This document shows, one piece after another, positions 1 to 13,177 of a DNA stretch of 64,000 nt. The translations under genes and the position numbers were made by a program. Under the pieces are notes generated by a model. The model saw only the letters and a list, made by a program, of their open reading frames with translations. It had not been told where the DNA came from and did not search any database. Origin of the DNA: Octopus sinensis (lineage: Eukaryota); NCBI RefSeq assembly GCF_006345805.1, contig NW_021833071.1, forward strand, positions 1-64,000, read 5' to 3'. Position 1 is the first letter of the stretch, and each line of letters opens with the position of its first letter.

Positions 1-110
1 ACAGGTGGACTCGTCACGCACGTGACAACAGCCGTTCAGCATAATCCCACAGGTCCGAAATGGTTGGACACTGCACGAGTGCATGCAGAACGGTTTTCGT
101 GCTGTATGTT
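1..110 (-). mobile_element. L1/Tx1-like LINE fragment, C-terminal zinc-knuckle region
   Basis: Minus frame reads KTVLHALVQCPTISDLWDYAERLLSR, resembling the ETxxHxxxxC..LW motif downstream of L1/Tx1 RT domains. Confidence 0.45.
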
Positions 111-227
111 TTTTTCAACATTTGTCTGTTTATTAGCGAAGTCTCATATGAAATAATTTTTTGTTTTAGTCTTGGAATTAAGCGATTTTGATTTTCTGTC
201 AGATATCTGTTGGCCAACCCTGTATAC

Positions 228-289
<62 letters not shown>

Positions 290-344
290 CAGTGCCTGTG
301 TGTGTATGCGTGTGTATGTATGTATGTACGTATATATATATATA

Positions 345-515
345 GGCGCAGGAGTGGCTGTATGGTAAGTAGTTTGCTTACCAACCACATGGTTCCGGGT
401 TCAGTCCCACTGCGTGGCATCTTGGGCAAGTGTCTTCTGCTATAGCCCCGGGCCGACCAATGCCTTGTGAGTGGAATTGGTAGACGGAAACTGAAAGAAG
501 CCTGTCGTATATATG

Positions 516-560
<45 letters not shown>

Positions 561-767
561 TTGTGTTTGTCCCCCTAGCATTGCTTGACAACCGATGCTG
601 GTGTGTTTACGTCCCCGTCACCTAGCGGTTCGGCAAAAGAGACCGATATAATAAGTACTGGGCTTACAAAGAATAAGTCCCGGGGTCGATTTGCTCGACT
701 AAAGGCGGTGCTCCAGCATGGCCGCAGTGAAATGACTGAAACAAGTAAAAGAGTAAAAAAGTAAAAG
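345..767 (+). mobile_element. tRNA-derived SINE, family A
   Basis: Head ggcgcaggagtggctg..tgg (A-box-like), ggttcagtccc (B-box-like), internal (TA/TG)n, tail gactgaaacaagtaaaagagtaaaa. The same sequence recurs at least 6 more times in the window. Confidence 0.85.
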
Positions 768-768
768 C

Positions 769-810
<42 letters not shown>

Positions 811-814
811 TCTT

Positions 815-1050
815 TTACTCTCATCAACTTTTTCAAGTACCACTTGAAAGAGAAGGTGGGAATGGAGCGGTAGGTTTTCTCTCGTGAAAGTTTCACAAAA
901 GGTGGGTGAATGCAGAAAAGATGGTGCGTGCGAGCGACGAAACCACTTTGAGCATGATTATGTAAATCGAAAAAAGAGACAGAGAGAGCAGTTTGCTCTC
1001 ATATGTTTATTTCCTCCCTGCCTGAGGCTACCGGGGTCTTTTCCGTAGGC
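815..1050 (+). mobile_element. L1/Tx1-like LINE 3' end remnant
   Basis: Degenerate frame LINFFKYHLKEKVGMER*VFSRESF followed by a UTR-like stretch ending at (TA)n. Confidence 0.35.
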
Positions 1051-1397
1051 TTTTCTTTCCACTGATAACCTATATATATATATATATATATATAATATAA
1101 TATATATATATATCAATCAATCAAATTTACTAGTAGGAGAAGAGCACAATATGTTTAAGCTATGTCAAAAACACCAAAAAAATTTTAAACAGTTATTGTT
1201 ATAAACTGTTCTATACATAGACGCCACAATTGCCCAGAATTCCTTTTGAACAGGGGAGTGGTTGGTAGTTGAATGATTCTACGATACGGACGGAGAATGC
1301 GAGTTTCTGCCTGTTGAGACGAAAGGGTCGGGGATAGTGTTTGCAATCATGCCTACGAAGACCCCTATCCAGCGCAGTGGTGGGAAACTCTTTAAAA

Positions 1398-1716
1398 GAC
1401 TCCGTCGGTTACGACGACGAGGGTCCCAGCTGATACGTTCAACGGAACAGCTTGCTCGTGAAATTAACGTGCAAATGGCTGAGCATTCCACAGACACGTG
1501 TACCCTTAACGTAGTTCTCGGGGATAATCAGCGTGACACAGAGAGTGACAAGGCTGACCCTTTGAAATACAAGTACAACTCATTTTTGCCAGCTGAGTGG
1601 ACTGGAGCGACGTGAAATAAAATGTCTTGCTCAAGGACACAACGCGTCGCCGGGAATCGAACTCACAACCTTACGATCATGAGCCGAATGCCCTAACCAC
1701 TAAGCCACGCGCCCTC
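1398..1716 (-). mobile_element. tRNA-derived SINE sharing the family B 3' body but with a different head
   Basis: 3' ~200 bp match 5870-6070 and 23380-23570. The head (ggcgcgtggcttagtggttagg..gagttcgattccc, then gtgtccttgagcaagaca) differs from the family B head. Confidence 0.8.
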
Positions 1717-1734
1717 ACTATGGTGGGAAACTCT

Positions 1735-2040
1735 ACAAATGGTAGGTTTACATTCCTGTTGAAGGTGTTGAAAGCCAGGACGAGATCTCCCCGCATCCTC
1801 TGTCGTTCGAGTGAAGGTAATGCCAGCAGTTGGAGACGTTCCTCATACGTAAGCTTAGACAAACCCGTGACCATTCGGGTGGGTGAGCGTTGAACCCGTT
1901 CCAGGTGCTGTATGTCTTTCTGGAGATATAGGTTCGAGGCCTCGATGCACGACTCGAGGATGTGTCGAAGTAGAGTGACGTATAAAAGTCGAAAGACGTT
2001 CATTGAAAAGTTGACCGGCGGATGAGGAAAATATTCCTTC
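1735..2040 (-). mobile_element. CR1-clade LINE, post-RT C-terminal fragment
   Basis: ORF 1677-2003(-): LYVTLLRHILE..KDIQHLERVQRSPTRMVTGLSKLTYEERLQLLALPSLERQRMRGDL matches the CR1 signature LERVQRRATK..SYEERL..L.LEERRLRGDL. Confidence 0.85.
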
Positions 2041-2081
2041 TAGGTTTGTTTGCCGGCTCGATACACTGCCGATAGACAGAC

Positions 2082-2460
2082 ATCATCATCATCATTGTTC
2101 GACCGTGGTCGAGACAATGAAATTGCATCTACGCGCAGACTTCCACGGTCCATCATGGCATTACGGAGGTCCTGTTGCTGATGCCTGTATACCTGGAGAT
2201 AACATCAGGGTAGGAGAGTGTGCGCCCTCTGGTATTGCGAATAGATGGCTTCCAGAGGAGAAGAGTAGAAATTACTTCTTTTTAGCTCTACAACAATGTC
2301 CAGCAAAACTGGACTCTCCTACCTTTCACAAGAGATGACACAGGTGGTAGTTTCCCATATATTTGCATTTTGGTTGGATGGCGCTTCCACGAGAGATTTT
2401 GAGCTCTCATAAGAAGGGGAGTGTAGGTTCCATCCAACCGCCTCTCAAGCATCTTTGATA
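2082..2460 (-). mobile_element. RTE-clade LINE 3' fragment with (GAT)n tail
   Basis: LDGTYTPLLMRAQNLSWKRHPTKMQIYGKLPPVSSLVKGRRVQF, then a frameshift to GHC..LLLWKP..RGR; ends in gatgatgatgatg. Confidence 0.75.
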
Positions 2461-2653
2461 GACAAACAGACAAACAGACAAAAAGACAGACAGACAGACA
2501 GACAGTGAGATAGATAGAGAGATAGATAGATAAATACTGTGTTCTCTAACATCACCGATGCATATCTGTACATCTGTTGTATTGCCAAACATTTTGAAGC
2601 AATTTATTTCGTCGTAACGAGTCGTTGTTGTTTTTTTTGCTTTTGCTTTTTGT

Positions 2654-2820
2654 CTATTGCCCTAATCCAGTCATCAAACTGCAGACATTGCGTAGATGTG
2701 TAACAACTAAATTACATGCTTCGACGCACAGATACACAATCTGAGGCATGGAATATCTCTCGCTAGAAGTAATTCTCCAGCACTGTGTTGCATTGTAAAC
2801 CAAGGAATGTCTACAATCAC
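2654..2820 (-). CDS. Possible terminal exon resembling protein kinase subdomain XI (weak)
   Basis: After ctgcag, frame reads (G)DCRHSLVYNATQCWRITSSERYSMPQIVYL..*, spaced like CPxxLYxLMxQCWxxxPxxRP(S/T)FxxIV, but the key prolines are absent. Confidence 0.15.
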
Positions 2821-3634
2821 CTGCAGCCAAATATGCTTTAAATAATACGTTTTAGTCATACAATAACTCTTAAATATAGAGGACAAAGATTTAAATCGAT
2901 GCTCCACATAGGTACAGATCAAAGCAATAAACACAAATAATGGTTTTGATAATCATGGTACGAGAAACCTTGTCATCCATCCAATATAGCTCACCTTGCA
3001 TTTTATGACGTTTAATAAATGGCGTCGTATATACCTGAAATTATTCTTATAACCAGATAAAACCTGAGTCAACATAATTTTCAGTCAAAATTTGAATTTT
3101 AAAATTTTCCTTCTAGTATATGTGTAAAGTTGTGTTCCATACTTTGGATATTTTATAGAAAATAAAAGTGAAAATAAAATTCAGTTGATGATGGTGTTTG
3201 CTTATTATTATATTGGAGAAATTTGCTGCCAAAATGTCATGTCAAGTGAATGGAAAGCGAAAGTAGTTATATGTAAAGAAGCCATGATTTCCCATAGGAA
3301 TTACACCCAATTAAGACCTATCAACTACATTACAGAAATACATATGGATTTTATATGTATAAGTGTAAGTTTGCATGGATGTATATATGTATGCCCATAT
3401 GAATGTATAAATCAGCGAACAGATTAACGTATATTCGTATGGAGTTTTGTGTACATGAATCAGCACACAAATGATGTTAAATATATGTATGTATAAATAT
3501 TTATATATATGCCCACACACATATATACGAATATATTTATATATGTATATCTATTTACATATCCTTTTGCATATATATACTATATACACACACATACAGA
3601 TACTACACATGTACATTAATATAATCACACACAT

Positions 3635-3673
<39 letters not shown>

Positions 3674-4122
3674 CACCTAGAGCATATATCAGTATATATA
3701 CAAATGTGTGTGGGTGTATCTGTATATGTGTAGTTGTATACAAGCGTACTGCGAGATTTAGTAGTATGTATGTATTTGTGTGTATGTGAGTGTGCGTGGA
3801 TTTATATATAGATCTATATATATATCTATTATGTAAGTAATATATATATAGAAATCTCTGTCTCCTGCTCATCCTCTCTCTCTCTCTCCTGTATATATAT
3901 ATATATATAGATGTATATAGATATATATATATATATATAATATATATATATAATGTATATATATATATGTATAGAATATATATACATATATATATATATA
4001 TACATACACACGCACATGCATATATATATATAATATATATATATAATATATATATATGTATAATATATATGTATTAATATATATACATATATATATATAC
4101 ATACACAAGCACACTGCATATA

Positions 4123-4156
<34 letters not shown>

Positions 4157-4299
4157 CATAATTTAATATGTACAGAGCAGCTAGTAGTCTATTTCCCGTA
4201 GAACTATGATAATTTGTCAGATGTATATAACGTAGTCTGTGTTGCCAAGCAATCTATGAGATTCAGTAGTTACCGTTAGAGCAATTGGAAAACCAGACT

Positions 4300-5000
4300 T
4301 CGGCCCACAAGAAATTGTGAACAAGAATGAGAAGGTTGATGCAAAAAGTGGAATGAGATGAAAGAACTGAAAACCAAGATCTCCGTTTCCTCTGTGGAAA
4401 TCATAATTAATCTCGTTGCTGTAGAATAATATAACGGTGGCATTTCCATTGTCTGCGAGACAGCGGCTGAAACCGGTTCGACGAAAAAATTATTCCCATG
4501 TTTGCATTTGCTAAAGATTTCAGATTTGGAATTAAATAGTGTGGTGGTGTTCTTGGATCTAAAAAGACTCTGCCATCTTTCTGATAGGCATTACTTCCAT
4601 CTTTTTGTTCCATTTATATATGGCGTTGATATTCCCACGCTTCTCCACTTCATTGCATGCAGTGTGCAGTTGTTCTTCAAATCCCGTACTTACCGATGCA
4701 ATTTGATGCCATTATTTTTATCAACGTGTCGGCTTATAAAAATTTCCTTCACATAAACCGACGTAATTTTTCTTATGGGCTGCCTTATATGTGAGCACTG
4801 AGGTGTCGTCTGCTGCATAAACAACTGAGTTTATCAAGCATGCTAAATTGAGAAAGCAAACCGCATGGTCTCGACAGTTGCAAATGGGAGTGGACACCTG
4901 GCGTAGTTCGAGAGAGATAATATCATTGATACTGGGGAAGTAGGTATACGAAATGTTTATCGAGCGTCTACTAAAATCTTCTTGTATTTTTGGACACAAA
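4300..5000 (-). mobile_element. Highly decayed CR1/L2-like LINE RT remnant
   Basis: Fragments PSINDI..VVYAADDTSVL (YADD-like) and FQPLSRR across broken frames. Confidence 0.45.
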
Positions 5001-5283
5001 CATTTAAAATAAACAAGCATGGTGAAATGGTTGTAAATTCTCGAATGTGAATCCAGTGATCCGAGCTTTCATCACGGTGAGACCTCATAAGATTCTAAGC
5101 ACTATATGGTTTGAGTTCAGTTCTGTTATGTGGCAAGAGGAGTAGATATATTTTACAATAGCCTAAAACTAACAAAGGCCTTGCAAGTGGATTTGCTACA
5201 TGGAAACAAAGAAAGACCATAGTGTAACATATGTATGTAACTATACATATATACATACATATAATATATATAATATATATTAG

Positions 5284-5314
<31 letters not shown>

Positions 5315-5331
5315 CTTATTATATATATATG

Positions 5332-5362
<31 letters not shown>

Positions 5363-5689
5363 GATATATATATATATATATAATATGTATATCATATGCA
5401 TGTGTGTGCATGTATGTATGTGGTTGGGGTATACACACACACACACCACACACATATATATATATATATATACATATTTTTACACATATGTATGTAAATA
5501 TGTATCCTGATCGATTGGGTCACATAAACTAATTTATGATAAATGATCGTTTACATATATAGATATATATCTATAGATATAAATAGATAAATAAATTGAT
5601 TGATAGGCAATAGATAGAGGGGGGAGAGAGAAAGGGAGAGGGAGGAATAGATCTTTACCAATCAAATATAAGTACTAATTTTTGTTTGT

Positions 5690-6071
5690 GGAGGCGCAAT
5701 GGCCCAGTGGTTAGGGCACCGGACTCGCAGTCATAGGTTCGCGGTTTCGATTCCCAGACCGGGCGTTGTAAGTGTTTATTGAGCGAAAACACCTAAAGCT
5801 CCACGATGCTCTAGCAGGGGATGGTGGCGACCCTGCTGTACTCTTTCACCACAACTTTCTTTCACTCTTACTTCCTGTTTCTGTTGTACCTGTATTTCAA
5901 GGGGCCGGCCTTGTCACTTTCTGTTTCACGCTGAATATCCCCGAGAACTACGGTAAGGGTGCACGTGTCTGTGGAGTGCTCAGCCACTTACACGTTAATT
6001 TCACGAGCAGGCTGTTCCGTTGATTCGGATCAACCGGAACCCTCATCGTCGTAACCGACGGAGTGCTTCCA
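5690..6071 (+). mobile_element. tRNA-derived SINE, family B (full length)
   Basis: ggaggcgcaatggcccagtggttaggg (A box), ggtttcgattccc (B box); near-identical inverted copy at 23378-23752. Confidence 0.85.
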
Positions 6072-6781
6072 CACTAATTTTTGTTTATCCTCCGATGTTT
6101 TTCTATTTATCTCACTCGTTCTATACAGCAATTCGTACACTGAAATCCAGCAAAACATTTTCTCCCTGATTTGGGAATAAAGTAAAAAAAAAAAAAGAAT
6201 TTTAGGAAATGGGTGTATGTGGAATTATGTTGTATGTTATTTGAATATATTTGCAATGCGTGGAGGTTCTATGGTAACTTAAGATAGATGTGTTAGGATA
6301 TGCGTGAATATATGTGAATGTGGTGTTTTGTTTTCTATGTGTGCGTTTGCGTGTGAGTATATACGTGTGCGCGCCTGCTTTGCTTCGTGTACAATATTAA
6401 TTTTCAAGAAAGCATGAGTGAAGATAACTTGAGTTATGTTGTGAGAGCAGCTGATCTTCAAAGTTATTCTTTGATGCATGGAGAATTCAATGATACACTA
6501 GCGTGATATGAAAAGAACAATGTTCTATAATCTGCCTTATTAATACACACTTGGCTGAAGAGACACAATCGGCGAGCTGAGAATAGAAGATATCCTAGAA
6601 ATTAGGAAATGCATGATATACTATCGAAAAACTCCTATTTTTTATGCTTAGGCCTACATTATCTAATGCCGCTAAAGATTCTGACGAGAAAGGCGTGGTT
6701 GGATTTAGATTGGCTACACTATCTAGTGGACTAACTGGTTTACCAAAGAACGGGAAACAACGTCACTAGATTTCACTGCTG

Positions 6782-7089
6782 ATAATAATAGCAATAATAA
6801 TAATAATAATAATAATAACAATAATAATAATAATAATAGTAATAGTAATAGTAATAATAATAATAATAATAATAATTATAATAATAATAATAACTTTAAT
6901 AATAATAGTAAAAAATAATAAGACAATAATAATAATAATAATAATAACAATAATAATATTAAAAATAATAATAACAATGATGATGATAATAATACTAATA
7001 TTAATAATAATAGTAAAAAAAAAAAAAAAAAAAAATAATAATAATAATAAAATAATAATAATAAAAAAATAATAAAATAATAATAATAA

Positions 7090-7120
<31 letters not shown>

Positions 7121-7124
7121 AATG

Positions 7125-7155
<31 letters not shown>

Positions 7156-7157
7156 TG

Positions 7158-7212
<55 letters not shown>

Positions 7213-7230
7213 TACTAATAATGTTAATAA
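6782..7230. repeat. (TAA)n microsatellite, ~450 bp, imperfect
   Basis: Direct reading. Confidence 0.95.
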
Positions 7231-7890
7231 TGGTCCTTATATAACTTTCTGTATGGGAGTATTCTGCCTCACCTTACAGCAACAGACAAAAAACGAAAAT
7301 AATGCAAAATTAAAATAAGAAAATTGTGAGAGAAGAAAATTAAATGTGAAATGGAAATAGAACTATCAGATAATATGTTGGACAAAAATAAACTCAAAAC
7401 ATACAGAGGAAACAAAAGCATACAACAACAAAAATCAATAACAACAAAACACAAGCAACGTCTGTAGAATATACCTGGACGCTGTTTCCAATAAAATCTA
7501 CTTCAATCTGTAGACTAGCTGCTCCTTAACCTTTCCAAAACAGCTGTAGTTAAAGATTCATGACAAAAGAGCAAGAATTATTGCTATAATACAAGTTAGA
7601 GCAGATATTTTATTTCACTTTGATGTTCCGAGTAAGGAATATTTTGGTTACAGACACAAGATTAGGAATTGTGCAGCATTGGAAATAGGATAATAAAAAG
7701 TAAAATAGTATGTTGCCGAAACTGAATACAGAAAAAAAGAAGAAAAAAACAGGATTGTGTATGTGGGCGTGATCGGTCGGTGCCTGTATCTGAATATATG
7801 CACTTTTTTGGGCGTCTGTATGTATATATGTATTTTTAGCGCCCCCTTATATATATTTGTATATATACATATATATGTATATATATATAT

Positions 7891-7945
<55 letters not shown>

Positions 7946-7948
7946 GTG

Positions 7949-7987
<39 letters not shown>

Positions 7988-9059
7988 ATATATATGTATA
8001 TATATATATACATATACATATATACAGAGAGAGAGAGAGAAAGAGAGGAATAGGTAGATATAGGCAATTATTAGCTACAGGCACATCTCTTATTTGTGGA
8101 TGCATTATATATATATATATATATGTACATAAGTACTCACACAGACACACACATACACACACACAGGCACACACATATACACATATATATATATGCATGC
8201 ACACATGTATCTATGCATATGTACGTACATTTATGTCCTCGTAAATTGGGTTGTTCCACATGTTCTGTATATGGGCGTTAAAGAATGTCCTTAATTGTCT
8301 ATTAACGTTCTATTTTTTTCCATGAGCGATAATTTAGGAAAAAAAAATGGCCGATAACGATAACATGGAGGTAAAACAGAATACTCTATATACCACCATT
8401 TCTGGTCTTAAACTCAGCCTTAGCCGTAACTCATAAAGACATGCGTTTTGCTTACTTGTGAAATCATTTCTTTTACCTGTCAATTTTATACTGATATATT
8501 GGAACTACTGTCCTCATTTCATTTGTCATACTCATAAATTTTTAGCCCTTTTGCCATAACTTCTTCTCAAGTATGTGTCGTATAAGTAATGTTTTCTGAA
8601 AAAGGAACCGGTCGTTCATTTAATCCATGGAGTAGACTTTTCCCATTTCATTATCTGTATCAAGGGTGAACTTCATCATTCAACTACTCGTGCTTCCACA
8701 AGTTTATTCGTTTAAACCCGAGGTTATTTTCCTATTAAATTTAAATCTAGCCTGTTTATGGTCCTATGCTTAATGACTTTTCTCTCGTAATACCTTCCAT
8801 GTAGAATATATTTCTAAGCTAGCCTGTCAGTGGAAGATAAACCTTGGCTTTGTTAAATTACTCAGGAGGGATGTTTCAACCGTAGATTAATCTTTTTCAA
8901 GAAGTGAATTTTGATATCAAATTTCATCAGGGTTTTATGTACCTCATATCTTTGTAGATTACCGACTGCCTTTAGGATCTACCCGTTTTCGTTTTGAAAT
9001 CTAGTACCATGAATATAGATAATGGTGTGCTGAGAGGTTTCTTGGCTTTAAGAGTATCA

Positions 9060-9240
9060 CGAAAGGGCTGGTTGGAAACCCAACATACCGAGTTTCTTTA
9101 CAAGGCTTAGAACACTTGAAGGACCACTGCAATAAGTGCCTTCATCTCAGAGGGGACTATGTTGAATAAAATCATAATTAACTGATATTTCTATATCTTC
9201 TTTTATTCAAAGCCACGAACGTTCAGTACCGTCTCGTATT
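9060..9240 (+). mobile_element. Mariner transposase C-terminus and right end remnant
   Basis: WLETQHTEF then (frameshift) GLEHLKDHCNKCLHLRGDYVE*, a typical mariner C-terminus; ends in ..cagtaccgtctcgTA. Confidence 0.7.
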
Positions 9241-9466
9241 TACAAAATTCTAATTTGTTTTTAGTTTGAGGTTGGTAATGACAACTAAGTTTCTGCTTTC
9301 GTGTCTAAAATGTAATCATATTAGGTCACGCATGAATATTTCAATCGGACATAGGTAAAAAGATAACTTAGCAGCTGCCTTTTTTTAGCAATACACTATT
9401 TCATGATGGTATTGCTTTCGCCTTTATTATCATTATTATTATTATTATCTTCATCCTTATCATTAT

Positions 9467-9570
9467 TGAGTGAGAGAGAAGTGCATGCCATCAAAGTGAC
9501 ACTGGGGTACAAAAATATGAGGCCCAATATACCAATCATGACTACCTGTCTGATAAGTATACACCTGCAT
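9467..9570 (+). repeat. Unclassified interspersed repeat X, short copy, abutting (TTA)n
   Basis: gagtgagagag..gtgcatgccatcaaagtgacactgg matches 28585-28680. Confidence 0.7.
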
Positions 9571-9590
9571 GTATATATGTATATATATAT

Positions 9591-9628
<38 letters not shown>

Positions 9629-10729
9629 ACGTTTTATGTCCCTTCACGGCAAATCATAAAATGGACAATTTAAGAGAATTGATCGAAATATGAGAATCAG
9701 AATAAAGTAAATATTCATGTTGATGCAATTATATAATCCTTAAAGAAAGTGATCAAAAATTTCTGCAATTCAAGGATTTAAGCCTTAAAGTTATAAGTCT
9801 AAACAAGTAGATGAAATCACATTTGCGAGTGTCGCATCGAGTAAGACTGCAACATGATGACGGAGTTGCGTATAAATGACTGCATGTAGCCTGATGAGCT
9901 TAACTGAATAAAACAAGCAGAATCAATCGCCTGTTACTCGGAATATTAGAATAGTTGAGATTCCCGGCCTCTCCTAAGTCTTTAGAAGACGCCGAAACAA
10001 CGTAAGAAGTGTCACGTATTTGTTTGACATAGAAGAAAGAGGATCCATACGCTCTTAGATCAAATCTCAGATTTGCAGTGTAAATATAAAAATTTTTAAA
10101 AATCTACATCAATGACGATGTTCTAATGTTATTTCAGAAAGGGAAGAGACGTATTTTCTCAGATTTAACTGATTGCTTACTGTCTAGATTCCATTATGTA
10201 ATCATTCGTTTCCTAGAGTTAGCGTTCGTCAGGAATGAACTACTATTGCTGAAGTGCCTCCATTACAAAGCGTTGATTTGTTTCTTAATGTGTATGTGTA
10301 TGTACAGTGTATGTATGTGCATGGGTGTGCGCGTGTGTCAGTGTGTCTGTATATACATATCAATGAATCTCTTGTTCTCTCTTCGTCTTTCCTCATCTTC
10401 TCTCTCTCTCCCTTTCTCTCTCTCTTTTTCTCTCTTTCTCTTTCTCTCTCTCTCTCTTTCTTTCTGTATATAAACATATATATAAGTGTGTATGCGTTTG
10501 CAAGTATGAGCACGTTTCTATGTGTATAAAAATGTAGACACACATATAAATATAAACATATTTGCATCTACATATATACGTATGCAAAGACAAATGAACA
10601 TGCACGTGCATATACGCACTCATACACAAACACACATACACGTATATAAATGCATATATACAAAAATACATACATACAAAGATCCATATATTTATGTATA
10701 AATATCCATGTATACATACATAACCACAC

Positions 10730-10766
10730 GCACATACATACATACATACATACATACATACATACA

Positions 10767-10802
<36 letters not shown>

Positions 10803-10836
10803 TAAATACATATATACATATATATACATATATACA

Positions 10837-10865
<29 letters not shown>
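10730..10865. repeat. (TACA)n microsatellite
   Basis: Direct reading. Confidence 0.95.
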
Positions 10866-10887
<22 letters not shown>

Positions 10888-11417
10888 TATATATATATAT
10901 ACATATATATATATATTCTCCTAATATATTCCAGTTGCTATTTACTGGAATATTTATTATTACAGCTTGATGTTAAAGTGACATATATTAGCATGTATGT
11001 AAATATACTTTATTTATCTTGCTGTGAATATTGTTCTGCGTTAAATACATATTATTAACTAAGAATACTACTATAATAACAACCGTTATTATTACTGTTG
11101 CTACTACAATAACAACCCTCGCTAATTCTCCAATAACGGAAAATGAATTTTCCTTTCTCGGTATCGTAGTCACAGTAGTTATAATACAGTAACGCTTCGT
11201 AATATCCGAGTGCTTGTAACTAAAGCGATTTTAAATTGCGATACACTGTTGTCTGAATAGACGGTCAGACGTATGTTACTTAACTCCCTATAGATTTATA
11301 TTAATCTTGAAAAACATAATATGGGTATGTAGACACTCGGGCACTCACATATTCCTTCAAAATTAATACAAAGTGCATTTACGTCTGCGTATATATATAT
11401 ATGCATATATATATTAT

Positions 11418-11452
<35 letters not shown>

Positions 11453-11459
<7 letters not shown>

Positions 11460-11816
11460 AAAGGGCTTAGTAAAATAAATTACTTTGCCGCATACTGAAC
11501 TCATTAGAAATAGCAGCTAAAAGAACTTTTTTAAAACTATTTCTAATACTTAAAGAAACCTCTCTCATATAGTGTTTGCTCAATTCAACTCACGAAAGTA
11601 TGGGGGTAGAGACATTAAAAATCAAATGCAAACCTTTGCATTTGATTTTTTAATGTCTCTACACCCATACTTTCGTGAGTTGAATTGAGCAAACACTATA
11701 TGAGAGAGGTTTTCTTTAAGTATTAGAAATAGTTTAAAAAAGTTTTTTAGCTGCTATTTCTAATGTGAGTTCAGTATGCGGCAAAGTAATTTATTTTACT
11801 AAGCCCTTTTATATAA
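11453..11816. repeat. Near-perfect palindrome, ~180-bp arms, 2-nt loop
   Basis: aatcaaatgcaaa-CC-tttgcatttgatt centre at 11633-11634; arms pair out to tatataaaagggcttag / ctaagcccttttatata. Confidence 0.95.
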
Positions 11817-11941
11817 TGTAATAATTTGAATTCGCCTTAATTGGTCCTTTGCATACTGAATACTTGGTGAAATTGATTAATTAATTAATTTTACCCTCAA
11901 TTGTTGAAATATATATATATATAATATATATATATATATTA

Positions 11942-12226
11942 GAAGAAATGAGGCACTCAGAAATTCTGATGGTTATATATTCACAGATATCTATTTGTAT
12001 TATTACATGTTTTTATACATCATATATCTTAGATCATGTATTAGTGCTTTCTCTCATTCTAGTGGGGTTTTCAAATCGAACTAAGTTCGATTTGAAAACC
12101 CCACTAGAATGGGAGAAAGCACTAATATATGATCTAAGTTATATGATGTATAAAAAATGTAATATAATATGCAAATACATATCTGTAAATAAAAGCATCA
12201 GAATTTCTGAGTACCTCATTTCTTTT
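11942..12226. repeat. Imperfect palindrome, ~140-bp arms, 3-nt loop
   Basis: tcaaatcgaac-TAA-gttcgatttga centre at 12082-12084; outer arms gaaatgaggcactcagaaattctgatg / catcagaatttctgagtacctcatttc. Confidence 0.9.
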
Positions 12227-12306
12227 AAATAAAATACCTGTACATCGTCTCCCAACCTTCCAAGATATATATATACTAGAGAGAGAGAGATACACACCAC
12301 ACACAC

Positions 12307-12362
<56 letters not shown>

Positions 12363-12621
12363 TATATATATGCATATATATACATACATATATGTACATA
12401 CTTTCGTGTATATGTACATATGAATATATTGGTACACGACGTCATAAAGCGTAAACAACATGAAATACGAAATACGAAAACATGGAATGCGTACTTTGTT
12501 GCGAACAGCGAAATAAACAAATGAAAAACAATTCAAGTAACGTAAAGATCGACCCTTCATCAGTTATCTGCTGTTTATCTATTTCATATTTCAAGCACCC
12601 ACAACAAGATGTTATTATGTA

Positions 12622-12915
12622 TATCACGTGATCAGGGGACCGACCAGACCATCAGATGTTGCTACACATCGCTGGTCACAATGCATTCGCATTGTTTTAG
12701 CCATCGAACGAGGCCACCCCGCTGGCTAAGCGAGCAGGCCAACAGAAGAAAAAGTGGGTAAAGAGTACAGCAGGGATCACCCCCCTGCCGGAGCCTCGTG
12801 GAGCTTTTAGGTGTTTTCGCTCAATAAACACTCACAACGCCCGGTCTAGGAATCGAAACCGCGATCCTACGACCGCGAGTCTGCTACCCTAACCACTAGG
12901 CCATTGCGCCTCCAC
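12622..12915 (-). mobile_element. SINE with family B head and alternative 3' body
   Basis: Head matches 5690-5830; the body differs and ends in atcacgtgata; the same body end occurs at 33045-33080. Confidence 0.8.
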
Positions 12916-12966
12916 ATTATGTACTATATTATATATATAGTATATATATATATATATATATATATA

Positions 12967-13044
<78 letters not shown>

Positions 13045-13062
13045 ATATATAATATATATATA

Positions 13063-13125
<63 letters not shown>

Positions 13126-13146
13126 ATATATATATAATATATAGAT

Positions 13147-13177
<31 letters not shown>

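Noticed and set aside
5690-5765. tRNA gene calls for the SINE heads
   Set aside because: A/B boxes are present, but they run straight into SINE bodies, lack a convincing full cloverleaf and are multi-copy with divergence.
7475-7721. Minus-strand segment with a strong polypyrimidine acceptor and a hydrophobic reading frame
   Set aside because: All three frames contain stops; the best frame has four.
8580-9000. Possible Penelope GIY-YIG remnant on the minus strand
   Set aside because: Only scattered short similarities (KLVEA, FDIKIHF) across broken frames; not enough to call.
9880-10010. CTGATGA at ~9892 and GAAAC-AAC-GTA at ~9997 as hammerheads
   Set aside because: Each has only half of the core in the right geometry; at best decayed PLE termini.
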